Shown here piece by piece: positions 9,217-16,974 of a stretch of 31,906 bases of DNA. A model generated the notes under the pieces. That model had not been told where the DNA came from and made no database searches. It saw only the letters and a list, made by a program, of their open reading frames with translations. Numbering within the stretch: the stretch's first letter is position 1; every line of letters starts with the position of its first letter. The DNA comes from Dehalococcoidia bacterium. GTDB taxonomy: Bacteria > Chloroflexota > Dehalococcoidia > UBA2979. The stretch covers positions 1 to 31,906 of the forward strand of contig JBFWQJ010000001.1 of assembly GCA_050249515.1 (NCBI GenBank), in the 5' to 3' direction. The position numbers and the translations under genes were made by a program.

Positions 9217-10014
9217 CTACCGGCCCACCCACTTCGGCTGGCGCTTCTCCGAGAACGCGCGAGGGCCCTCGACGCGGTCGGCGCTGAGCTCGTGGCGGCG
9301 GAGCCAGGCGTAGTCGCCGCGCGACTCGCCGCGGAAGGCGTCCTGCAGCGTGCGGTCGAGGCCGCGCAGCGCGCCCTCCTTCGTGCCGCGCACGGCGAGG
9401 GGCGCGCCGACGAGCACCTCGCGCGCCCAGCGCTCGGCGGCGGCGAGGAGGTCGTCGTGCGGCACGACCTCGTTCACGAGGCCGACGCGATACGCCTCCT
9501 GCGCGTCGATCGGCTGGCCGGTGAGCATCATGCCCATCGCGATCTTCTGCGGGATCTGCCGCGGCAGGCGGTGGATGCCGCCGGCGCTCGCGTACAGCCC
9601 CACGCGCACCTCCGGCAGCCCGAACCGCGCGCGCTCCGAGGCGATGACGATGTCCGAGGCGAGCGCGAGCTCGAAGCCGCCGCCCATCGCCCAGCCGTTG
9701 ACGGCGGCGATGATCGGCTTGAACAGGTCGTAGCGGTCGGTCAGCCCGCCGAAGCCTCGGTCGAACTCGCTGATGTGCCGGTTCGTCCCGTTGGCGGTCG
9801 CCTTCAGGTCGTTGCCGGCGCAGAAGGCGCGGTCGCCGGCGCCGGTCAGCACGGCGACCCAGGCGTCATCGTCCGCGGCGAAGTCGTCCCAGACGCGCGC
9901 GAGCTCGCCCGAGGCGTCGTAGTGCAGCGCGTTCATCACCTCCGGCCGGTTGAGCGTGACGAAGCGGACGTGGTCGCGCTGCTCCACGGTGACGTACTGG
10001 TACTCGGCGGACAT
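9217..10014 (-). CDS. Enoyl-CoA hydratase/isomerase (crotonase) family protein
   Basis: TLNRPEVMNAL, AFCAGNDL, KPIIAAVNG.AMGGGFELALASD, FGLPEVRVG. AGGAGG RBS. Confidence 0.92.
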   Translation of the reverse strand: MSAEYQYVTVEQRDHVRFVTLNRPEVMNALHYDASGELARVWDDFAADDDAWVAVLTGAGDRAFCAGNDLKATANGTNRHISEFDRGFGGLTDRYDLFKPIIAAVNGWAMGGGFELALASDIVIASERARFGLPEVRVGLYASAGGIHRLPRQIPQKIAMGMMLTGQPIDAQEAYRVGLVNEVVPHDDLLAAAERWAREVLVGAPLAVRGTKEGALRGLDRTLQDAFRGESRGDYAWLRRHELSADRVEGPRAFSEKRQPKWVGR

Positions 10015-10122
10015 CGGCAGCCTCCTGCGTGCGCCGCCATCTTAGCGGCGTCCCGCGCCCAGCCGCCTGCCCACGGGCAGCCGCCGAGGGGCCGCCTGCT
10101 ACGATCCCGGCGAGGTGCCCCC

Positions 10123-10536
10123 ATGAGCAACGGCGTCTTCGTGCGATTCGACCAGCGAGGCGACCCGTGGGCGCCGCGCACGCTGGTGCTCCGGTTCATC
10201 GTGAACCTCGCGGGGCTGTTCCTCGCCGACCAGCTGGTGCCGGGGATCCGCATCGCGGACTGGCAGACGCTGATCGCCGGGACCGCGATCTTCGCGATCG
10301 TGAACCTGCTGCTGCGGCCGCTGGCGACGCTCGTGTCGTGCTGCCTGATCGTCTTCACGTTCGGGCTGTTCGTGCTGGTCATCAACGCCGTGCTGCTGCT
10401 GGTGACCGCGTGGGCCTCGAGGCAACTCGGCCTCGGCTTCACGATCGACGACTTCTGGTCGGCGTTCCTCGGCGCGCTCGTGATCTCGATCGTGTCGCTC
10501 TTCGCGACGGTCGCGGTGCGTCCCGGGCGCCTCTAG
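10123..10536 (+). CDS. YvlD-like 4-TM phage-holin-family membrane protein
   Basis: RFIVN..GLFLA..LVPGI...IFAIVN.LLRP...FTFGLF.LVINA.LL...F.I.DFWSAFLGALVIS pattern. TACGAT -10 and GAGGTG RBS. Confidence 0.85.
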   Translation: MSNGVFVRFDQRGDPWAPRTLVLRFIVNLAGLFLADQLVPGIRIADWQTLIAGTAIFAIVNLLLRPLATLVSCCLIVFTFGLFVLVINAVLLLVTAWASRQLGLGFTIDDFWSAFLGALVISIVSLFATVAVRPGRL

Positions 10537-10545
10537 CGACCTGCG

Positions 10546-10593
10546 CTATCGCTCGTCGCCGGGGCGCAGACCGGCAGCGCCGATGGGGGCGCG
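10546..10593 (-). repeat. Displaced duplicate of the last 15 codons plus stop of the FDH alpha gene (left junction)
   Basis: 41/48 identity to 11021-11068. Minus-strand translation RAPIGAAGLRPGDER* versus RAPIGASGLRPGDER*. Confidence 0.9.
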
Positions 10594-10605
10594 AACACCG
10601 GCGGC

Positions 10606-10621
10606 GTTTGTGAACACAAAC
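10606..10621. promoter_or_regulatory. Perfect AT-rich palindrome GTTTGTG-AA-CACAAAC, candidate protein-binding site
   Basis: 7-bp arms are exact reverse complements in an otherwise very GC-rich region. It lies 28 bp upstream of TTGACG. Confidence 0.55.
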
Positions 10622-10649
10622 TCGACGTCGCACGAGCGCCAAGGGGTTA

Positions 10650-10696
10650 TTGACGCCGTCCGCTCCCCCTCTAGCCTCGGCACCCGATGCTAGAGT
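10650..10696 (+). promoter_or_regulatory. Tandem sigma70-type promoter candidates for the cassette ORF
   Basis: TTGACG(10650)-16 nt-TAGCCT(10672), and extended -10 TGc-TAGAGT(10691) placed 7 nt before ATG 10704. Confidence 0.55.
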
Positions 10697-10703
10697 CCGG
10701 CAC

Positions 10704-10958
10704 ATGAAGCACCTATGGCTCGCGGTCGTCTGTGCTCTGGCCCTGTCGTGTACGCCCACACCTCCCGATGGGGGTTCGGACGGCGGCATCGTGACCGGCA
10801 AGACTTCGGCGTCGTGCGCGGGCTTCCCGCCACTCGCGAGCGTCATCATCTCGTGGCGTGAACGCGGTAGGGAGTCCAAGTCGAAGTGCGTGTCGAACAC
10901 ATCGGCGTGCGCGCTGCAAGCCGAGAGGTTGAAGCCACTTCCGCAGGCATGTCGGTAG
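10704..10958 (+). CDS. Orphan 84-aa secreted/lipoprotein-like Cys-rich protein
   Basis: MKHLWLAVVCALALSC-TPTPP signal peptide ending in a lipobox-like ALSC, then four more Cys (38, 62, 69, 83). By hand count 65/84 codons end in G/C, above the local GC content (coding-like bias). Leaderless promoter geometry. Confidence 0.62.
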   Translation: MKHLWLAVVCALALSCTPTPPDGGSDGGIVTGKTSASCAGFPPLASVIISWRERGRESKSKCVSNTSACALQAERLKPLPQACR

Positions 10959-10998
10959 CGGTCACCTACTGAACCGAGCTACTCCCCCTCGACGGCTC

Positions 10999-11018
10999 AG
11001 GGCGACCGACCGCGCCCT
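10999..11018. terminator. Short hairpin between the convergent cassette ORF and FDH alpha gene
   Basis: AGGGCG-N8-CGCCCT begins 2 nt past the FDH stop. No U-tract, so terminator function is uncertain. Confidence 0.3.
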
Positions 11019-11020
11019 CG

Positions 11021-13915
11021 CTACCGCTCGTCGCCCGGGCGCAGCCCGGACGCGCCGATGGGCGCACGGCCCTTGCGCTGCTGCCGCGGCCCGCGGCCGG
11101 CGCGCGAGGGCGTGCCGGGGCGCTCCACGCGCACGGCGCACGCCTTGAACTCCGGGATCCCGGACGGCAGGTCCAGCGCGTCATTCGTGAGGAAGTTCGC
11201 CGCCATCCCCTGCAGCTGCACGAACGGGACGAAGAGTTCGCCGCGCCGCATGCGCGGATCGACGTGCAACTCCGCGATGATCTCGCCGCGCCGGGACGCC
11301 AGTTGCACCTCGTCGCCGTCGGAGAAGCCGAGGCTCGCCGCGTCGTCCGGGTGCATGTCGACGGCGAGCACGGGGACGGTGCCGAGGAGGCCGGGCACCC
11401 GCCGCGTGATCACGCCGGTGTGCCAGTGGTACAGCGAGCGGCCGGTGATCAGCGTGTACGGGAAGCGCTTGCTCGGCAGCTCCGCGGCGACCGGGCCCTG
11501 CTCCACCGCGACGAACTTCCCGAGCCCGCGCGCGAACTCCGTCTCGAACAGCCTCGAGGTGCCGGGGTGGGTCGCGTTTGGGACGGGCCACTGCAGGCCG
11601 CCCTCGCGCTCCAGCCGCTCGTGAGAGAGCCCGGCGATGATCGGCATCAGGCTCGCCATCTCCTCGAACACGGCGTCGCTGTCCGCGTAGTCGAAGCCGC
11701 GCACGGGGCGCTCCAGGAGACGCAGCACGCGACGCGCGATCTCCGCGGTGATCGCCCAGTCCTCGCGCGCCTCGCCGGGCATCGGCAGGAACGGGCGCAC
11801 CATCTGCACGCGACGCTCCGAGTTGGTGAACGTGCCGGTCTTCTCCGCGAACGACGCGGCCGGCAGCACCACATCCGCCAGCTCCGCCGTCTCGTGCATG
11901 AAGATGTCCTGCACGACGAGGAAGTCGAGGCGCGCGAAGGCGTCGCGCGTGTGCGCGAGGTAGGGGTCGCTGATCAGCGGGTTCTCGCCGACGACGTACA
12001 TCGTCCGGAGGTGGCCCTCGATCATCTCCTCGATCATGTGCGTCGACTGGAGGCCGGGCGCCTGCGAGAGGTCGACGCCCCACGCCGCCTCGTACTTCGC
12101 GTGCGCGGGGCCGGTGTAGGGCTCGTAGCCGGCGAAGGTGTTGGGCAGGCAGCCGGAGTCGGAGCAGCCCTGCACGTTGTTCTGGCCGCGCAGCGGGGAG
12201 ATGCCGTTCCCCGGCCCGCCCACCTGCCCGGTGAGCAGCGCGAGGTTGATGAGCGAGCGCGCGTTGTCTGAGCCGTTGGTGTGCTGGGTGATCCCCATCC
12301 CCCAGATCATGCAAGAGCCGCGCTCCTCGCCGTCCAGGCCCGGGCGAGGCTTCGCGTAGAGCCGCGCGGCGCGACGGATCAGGTCCGCCGGGACGTTGCA
12401 GATGCGCTCGGCGTCCTCGGGCGTGACCTGCTCCACCACCCGCCGCCACGCCTCGAAGCCCTCCGTGCGCGCCTCCACGAAGTCGGGCGACCAGAGGCCC
12501 TCCTGCAGGATGACGTGCGCCATCGCGTTGAACAGCGCGACGTCCGTGCCGGGGCGCGGCTGCAGGTGGATCTCGGCCAGGTCGCACAGGTCGATGCGGA
12601 TCGGGTTGACGACGATGAGCGTCGCGTCACGGTCCTCGACGGCGCGCCGGAGCCGCGAGGCGATCACGGGGTGGTTCTGCGCGGTGTCGCTGCCGACGAC
12701 CAGCAGCGTGCCGGCGATGTCGTAGTCCGCGTACGAGTTGCTGGTCGCGCCCGACCCCACCATCTCCTGCAGCGCGACGACCGAGGGCGCATGGCACATC
12801 CGCGAGCAGTGGTCGATGTTGTTCGTGCCCATCACGGCGCGCACGAACTTCTGCATCACCCAGCCGTCCTCGTTCGTCGCCTTCGCGGACGCGATCCCGG
12901 CGAACGATCCGATCGAGTCGGCAAAGCGCCGCGCGACGAGGTCGAGCGCCTCGTCCCAGGTGGCGCGCTCCAGCGGGGCGCCCTTGCCGCCGCGGCGGAT
13001 CATCGGGTGGAGCAGGCGCTCCTCGGACTGCGCGAACTCCAGGCCGAACCGCCCCTTCACGCAGGTCATCCCCTGCGACGAGCCGTTGCCCGGCATGCCG
13101 TCCACCCACGCGATGCGCCCGTCCTCCACGCGCACGGACAGCCCGCAGCCCACGCCGCAGTACGGGCACGTGGTCTCCGTCACCGCGACGCGCGAGGGCG
13201 CCGGGACGACGGGGAGCGCGATCATGCCGGGGCGGTCGTTCTCCATGCGGTGCGAGGCGCTGGCGGGCGCGGCCTTCGGCATGAGCGCGCCGGTCGGGCA
13301 CTGCGAGACGCACTGGCCGCAGGAGGTGCAGATCGAGTCCTCCCACGCCGCATCGAACGCGACGCCGATGTGCGCCGTCGCGCCCCGCCCGTTGATCCCG
13401 ATCGCGCCGATGTGCTGCGTGCGCTGGCACGCGTCCACGCAGCGGCCGCAGAGGATGCAGTCCGCCATGTCCAGGCTGAAGAAGAGGTTGCTCTCATCCC
13501 TCGGCGCGCCGATGCCGGCGGCGCGCGGTCGCGGCACGTACGAGGAGACGTCGAGCCCGTGCGCGAGGGCGTGCTGCCGGGCGGTGCCGTGGCCGACGCC
13601 GTCGTCCGACATCCCGATCGTCAGGTCCAGCACGCCGCGACGGATGCGCTGCGCCCGCTCGCCGTCCGTGCGGATCGCCGTGCCCTCCGCGATCGGCGTG
13701 TGGCACGCGGCCACGAGGCGCGGCGAACCCTCGACCTCTACGAGACACGTCCGGCAGGCGCCCAGCGGGCCGCGCGCGTCCGGCTTGCACAGGTGCGGCA
13801 GGTCCGCCGCGGCCGCCTCGATCGCGTCGAGGATCATCGCGCCGCGCGCCACCCGCACCGCGCGGCCATCCACGGTGACGTCGAGGTACGGTGGGGAGGC
13901 AGGCACGCTAGTCAT
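11021..13915 (-). CDS. fdhF: Formate dehydrogenase alpha subunit (Mo/W-bisPGD, Cys-ligated) with N-terminal Fe-S domains
   Basis: 2Fe-2S motif HLC...GACRTC...C, CILCGRCVDAC, CTSCGQCVSQCP, CPYCGVGC...CVKG, active-site NIDHCSRMCHAPS, LRGQNNVQG, EKTGTFTNSERRVQ, TGRSLYHWHTG. Confidence 0.95.
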   Translation of the reverse strand: MTSVPASPPYLDVTVDGRAVRVARGAMILDAIEAAAADLPHLCKPDARGPLGACRTCLVEVEGSPRLVAACHTPIAEGTAIRTDGERAQRIRRGVLDLTIGMSDDGVGHGTARQHALAHGLDVSSYVPRPRAAGIGAPRDESNLFFSLDMADCILCGRCVDACQRTQHIGAIGINGRGATAHIGVAFDAAWEDSICTSCGQCVSQCPTGALMPKAAPASASHRMENDRPGMIALPVVPAPSRVAVTETTCPYCGVGCGLSVRVEDGRIAWVDGMPGNGSSQGMTCVKGRFGLEFAQSEERLLHPMIRRGGKGAPLERATWDEALDLVARRFADSIGSFAGIASAKATNEDGWVMQKFVRAVMGTNNIDHCSRMCHAPSVVALQEMVGSGATSNSYADYDIAGTLLVVGSDTAQNHPVIASRLRRAVEDRDATLIVVNPIRIDLCDLAEIHLQPRPGTDVALFNAMAHVILQEGLWSPDFVEARTEGFEAWRRVVEQVTPEDAERICNVPADLIRRAARLYAKPRPGLDGEERGSCMIWGMGITQHTNGSDNARSLINLALLTGQVGGPGNGISPLRGQNNVQGCSDSGCLPNTFAGYEPYTGPAHAKYEAAWGVDLSQAPGLQSTHMIEEMIEGHLRTMYVVGENPLISDPYLAHTRDAFARLDFLVVQDIFMHETAELADVVLPAASFAEKTGTFTNSERRVQMVRPFLPMPGEAREDWAITAEIARRVLRLLERPVRGFDYADSDAVFEEMASLMPIIAGLSHERLEREGGLQWPVPNATHPGTSRLFETEFARGLGKFVAVEQGPVAAELPSKRFPYTLITGRSLYHWHTGVITRRVPGLLGTVPVLAVDMHPDDAASLGFSDGDEVQLASRRGEIIAELHVDPRMRRGELFVPFVQLQGMAANFLTNDALDLPSGIPEFKACAVRVERPGTPSRAGRGPRQQRKGRAPIGASGLRPGDER

Positions 13916-14084
13916 CGATCGTCCTCACTGCTTCCAGCGCTGCGACCAGCCGCGCGTGCCGCTCCTGCACCCCGGCGCGCCGCGTGAAGTGCGCGGCGAT
14001 GTAGACCTCCTCGGCCGCGTCGGTCGCGGCGGCGATCAGCTCGCGCCAGGCATCCAGGGGCACCGTCACGGTCGCCGGCGTCAT
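13908..14084 (-). CDS. 58-aa hypothetical protein inside the FDH operon
   Basis: MTPATVTVPLDAWRELIAAATDAAEEVYIAAHFTRRAGVQERHARLVAALEAVRTIDD*. Its ATG overlaps the NuoF-like stop (ATGA) and its stop overlaps the FDH alpha start. Host-like codon use. Confidence 0.68.
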   Translation of the reverse strand: MTPATVTVPLDAWRELIAAATDAAEEVYIAAHFTRRAGVQERHARLVAALEAVRTIDD

Positions 14085-15571
14085 CGTGCGCTCCGTTCCG
14101 TGACGGCGGTCAGTTCGAAGGCGTCGGGGAACGCGGTCAGCGCGGACGTGACCGGGCGTCCCGCCATGCCGCCCAGCGCGCACAGCGAGGCCTCCGTCAT
14201 CACCTCGATCAGCGCGTCGATGCGCTCGCGGTGCGCGACCGGGTCTGCCAGCAGTTGCACCAGGCGCTGCGTTCCCTCGCGGCAGGGTGTGCACTCGCCG
14301 CAGGACTCGCGCGCGTTGTACGCCCCGAGGCTGCGCGTGATCCGTGCGATGTCCGCGCCGGGACCGAGCACCACCGTGCCGCCCGCGCCCAGCCCGCGCA
14401 TCTCGAGCGGCGTGTCGAACTCCTCGGGCAGCACGAAGCGGCCCGACGGCCCGCCCAGCAGCAGCGCCTGCACGCGCGCCGGCATCACGCCGGCCATCGC
14501 CAGCACGCCGGCCCACGTCATGTTGCCGTCCACGGGCACCTCGTACAGCCCGGGACGGGGGACGTCGCCGGACAGCGGCACGAGCTTGGTCGGCGGCGGC
14601 GGGCTGTCGAAGATCGTGGTGACGGCGCAGAGCGTCTCCGCGTTGTTGATCAGCGTCGGCCGGCCGAACAGCCCGATGTCCGTGGCGAACGGCGGCTTGT
14701 AGCGCGGCACGGGCCGCTCGCCCTCGATCGAGTTGAGGATCACCGACTCCTCGCCGCACACGTAGCCGCCCGCCCCGGAGCGGACGTGGATCGCGACGCC
14801 CGTCCCGCCCAGCGCCCGGCCACCGACGATCCCCGCCGCCTCCGCGTCCGCCAGCGCACGCTCGAAGGCGTCGCGGCCGTTCCGCGCCTGCCCGTTGATG
14901 TAGACGTAGGCCTCGCGGATGCCGGTGGCGCGACAGGCGATCAGGATGCCCTCGATCAGGCGGTGCGGGTCGCCCTCCAGCAGGTGACGGTCCTTGAAGA
15001 CGCCGGGCTCGCCCTCCTCGGCGTTGACCACCAGCACCTTCTCGTCGTGCTCGTGCGCGGCGAGCAGCCCCCACTTCGTGGCCACGGGGAAGTGCGCGCC
15101 GCCGCGCCCGGTCAGCCCCACGCCGCGCAGCACGTCGATGATCCGCGCGGGCGGCAGCGTGGCGGCGAGCGCGGCGGCGGCGTAGGCGCCCTGCGCCAGC
15201 ACGTCCGCCAGCGACCCGTCGTTCCGGCCGAGGCGCGCGGTCAGGCCGGCCTCGCCGCTGCCGGCGTACGCCTCGTCGCACGCGCCGCGCACGCAGGCGG
15301 CCAGCTCCTCAGGGACGCCGCGGTCGAGGCGCGCGAAGCGATGGCGGTGGCCCGGCCGCACCACGGTCGCCGCGGGCGCGGCCCAGCACGCGCCGTCGCA
15401 GGCCGCGTCCACCACGGGCACGCCGAGCGAGCCGGGGTCGATCGCGGCGGCATCCACGGCGTCGCCGCACGTCCCGCGATGCCGCAGCACACGCACCTCG
15501 TGCGGCTCGACGTGCGCCGTGACCTCGGCACGCAGGCGCAGCAGGGCGGGGGTGGGCATGGGGCCGCTCAC
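14081..15571 (-). CDS. NuoF-family NAD(H)/FMN-binding subunit (FdsB/HoxF-like) with N-terminal thioredoxin-like Fe-S region
   Basis: GRGGAHFP, NAEEGEPGVFKDR, GAGGYVCGEES, ESCGECTPCREG...SLCALG. N-terminal GTCG...CDGAC. GTG start overlaps the NuoE-like stop. Confidence 0.92.
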   Translation of the reverse strand: MSGPMPTPALLRLRAEVTAHVEPHEVRVLRHRGTCGDAVDAAAIDPGSLGVPVVDAACDGACWAAPAATVVRPGHRHRFARLDRGVPEELAACVRGACDEAYAGSGEAGLTARLGRNDGSLADVLAQGAYAAAALAATLPPARIIDVLRGVGLTGRGGAHFPVATKWGLLAAHEHDEKVLVVNAEEGEPGVFKDRHLLEGDPHRLIEGILIACRATGIREAYVYINGQARNGRDAFERALADAEAAGIVGGRALGGTGVAIHVRSGAGGYVCGEESVILNSIEGERPVPRYKPPFATDIGLFGRPTLINNAETLCAVTTIFDSPPPPTKLVPLSGDVPRPGLYEVPVDGNMTWAGVLAMAGVMPARVQALLLGGPSGRFVLPEEFDTPLEMRGLGAGGTVVLGPGADIARITRSLGAYNARESCGECTPCREGTQRLVQLLADPVAHRERIDALIEVMTEASLCALGGMAGRPVTSALTAFPDAFELTAVTERSAR

Positions 15572-16041
15572 GACGTCGCCTCCCCGGCGAGCGCGATCAG
15601 GCGCGCCGCCGTCAGGCGGCCGTGCAGGCGCTCCGCGGCGTCCACGGCGACGGGGGCGAGCGCGCACAGGAACTGGCAGTCGGCGGTGCGCACCCGCCCG
15701 GGCAGCGCACCCCCCGCCGCCTCGATCAGCGCGGCCGCGCCGGCGAGGTCGCACGAGACGCCGGTGCAGACGTGCCACGCCCCCGGCACCGGCCGCTCCA
15801 GCAGCAGCTCCGAGTAGCCCGTGGCGGTGGCGAAGACCTCCGAGACGGGGACGCGGACGTGCGCCGCGACCTGCTCGATCGCCGCGCGCGGGAGCCAGCC
15901 GAGGACGTGCTGCGCGGCCAGCAGCGCCGGGAGCAGCTGCGTGCGGCTGCGCGGCAGCGCCTCCACGGAGCGCGCGGCCGTCTGCAGGCGCTCGAGGTCG
16001 CCGGGCGCGTCCGGGTCGTACGGGGATGCCGCCGGTATCAT
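15568..16041 (-). CDS. NuoE-family [2Fe-2S] subunit (FdsG-like)
   Basis: LLPALLAAQ..LGWLP..AI..VA..V.VP.SEV..TATGY, CTGVSC...CQFLC..AP. TAGAAT -10 is 7 nt before ATG. Confidence 0.9.
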   Translation of the reverse strand: MIPAASPYDPDAPGDLERLQTAARSVEALPRSRTQLLPALLAAQHVLGWLPRAAIEQVAAHVRVPVSEVFATATGYSELLLERPVPGAWHVCTGVSCDLAGAAALIEAAGGALPGRVRTADCQFLCALAPVAVDAAERLHGRLTAARLIALAGEATS

Positions 16042-16089
16042 GCTCGTGATTCTAGCCCTGTCCGTCCCACGGAGACCGCGGCGCCGCGA

Positions 16090-16914
16090 TCAGCGCGCCG
16101 CGACCACCTCTACCGGGTCGCCCAGGCGCACCTGCCCGCCTTCGCGCGGCAGCATGTGCACCGCGAACGAGGGGCGCTCGTGGCCGAACGCGCTGACCAG
16201 CGTCGTCATCACCTCGCGGTCGCGCACGCCCTCGCTCGGGCTCGCGTGGGTCGCCAGGCAGCGCACCGCCGGGCGCAACACGTCGAACGTCACCCCGCCA
16301 ATGCGCACCGCTTGGTCCACCCAGTCGAACTCGCCCCACGCCTCGAGGCCCTCGACGACGATGTTGGAGCGGAAGCGCTGCTCGTCCAGCGCCGGGTCGT
16401 CCAGCGCGTCCGCGAGCGCGCGCAGGCTCCCGCGGCCGTGCAGCGTGACGTTGCCGGTGGCGTTGTCCTGGTAGCGCGGCGTCACGCCGTCACCGATCAG
16501 CCGCAGCGGGAGCCGCCCCGGCCGGTCCAGATCGGGTTGCTCGCGCTGCTCGCGCGCCCACGCCCCCACCGCCTCCGCGATCCGCAGCCGCCCCGTGGCG
16601 TCCAGCGTGTCCTCCACCAGCAGCGCGCCTTCGAGGCTGATCGAGACGCGCCGGATCGCCTCGTCGTAGCGGAGGGTGAGCCGCGCGAGTGCGGGCGTGT
16701 TCACCAGCGCAAGCATGTGCGCCTTCGGCCACCAGTCCGCGCCGGCAGCCTGCTGCGGCGCCTCGGACGGTGCGTCGCCCAGGAGGAACGCGAGCACGCG
16801 GTCGCCTTCCACCCGCCCATCCGCGCGCACGGTGATCGCCTCGCAGGACTCGGGCGTGAACCCCTTCAGCGGGTGGCGGTAGAGCGCGGCGACGCGCGGA
16901 GCCTCGGTGGCCAT
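16090..16914 (-). CDS. MOSC domain protein (Moco sulfurase C-terminal family)
   Basis: LYRHPLKG, GDRVLA, RFRSNIVVEG.EAWGEFDW, VRCLATH, G.VRLGD.V. TAGACT -10 is 6 nt before ATG. Confidence 0.88.
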   Translation of the reverse strand: MATEAPRVAALYRHPLKGFTPESCEAITVRADGRVEGDRVLAFLLGDAPSEAPQQAAGADWWPKAHMLALVNTPALARLTLRYDEAIRRVSISLEGALLVEDTLDATGRLRIAEAVGAWAREQREQPDLDRPGRLPLRLIGDGVTPRYQDNATGNVTLHGRGSLRALADALDDPALDEQRFRSNIVVEGLEAWGEFDWVDQAVRIGGVTFDVLRPAVRCLATHASPSEGVRDREVMTTLVSAFGHERPSFAVHMLPREGGQVRLGDPVEVVAAR

Positions 16915-16974
16915 GCGCGAAGTCTACCCCCGGAGCGCGGCGCGTATACCCGCCCCGTCGCGTACCCTCGTGGC

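Larger units (their letters stand above)
10546..11068. mobile_element. Putative mini genomic island / integrated cassette at the 3' end of the FDH alpha gene; no integrase inside
   Basis: Bounded by a 48-bp diverged direct repeat (offset 475 bp, exact core GCGCCGATGGG). Interior is visibly less GC-rich and carries an orphan ORF with its own promoter. Confidence 0.6.

Noticed and set aside
10123-10536. Prophage suggested by a holin-family gene beside an insertion
   Set aside because: This family is commonly chromosomal. No endolysin, structural or integrase genes are present, and the gene lies outside the repeat-bounded cassette.
10771-10975. Possible 6S RNA or tmRNA (GGTTCGG/CTGAACC and GTGACCG/CGGTCAC pairings, CGGCGGCATC)
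   Set aside because: No tRNA-like acceptor/T-arm or tag ORF, and the central pairing is poor. The region is better explained by an ORF with a signal peptide and third-position bias. Not fully excluded without an Infernal scan.
10940-10990. Second yybP-ykoY-like start on the minus strand (GAGGGGGAGTAG...CGACATGC)
   Set aside because: No closing GAGAC/P1 partner was found and no suitable downstream gene lies on that strand.
12750-12800. Selenocysteine in the FDH active site
   Set aside because: The frame is open with a Cys codon (RMCHAP) and there is no in-frame TGA.
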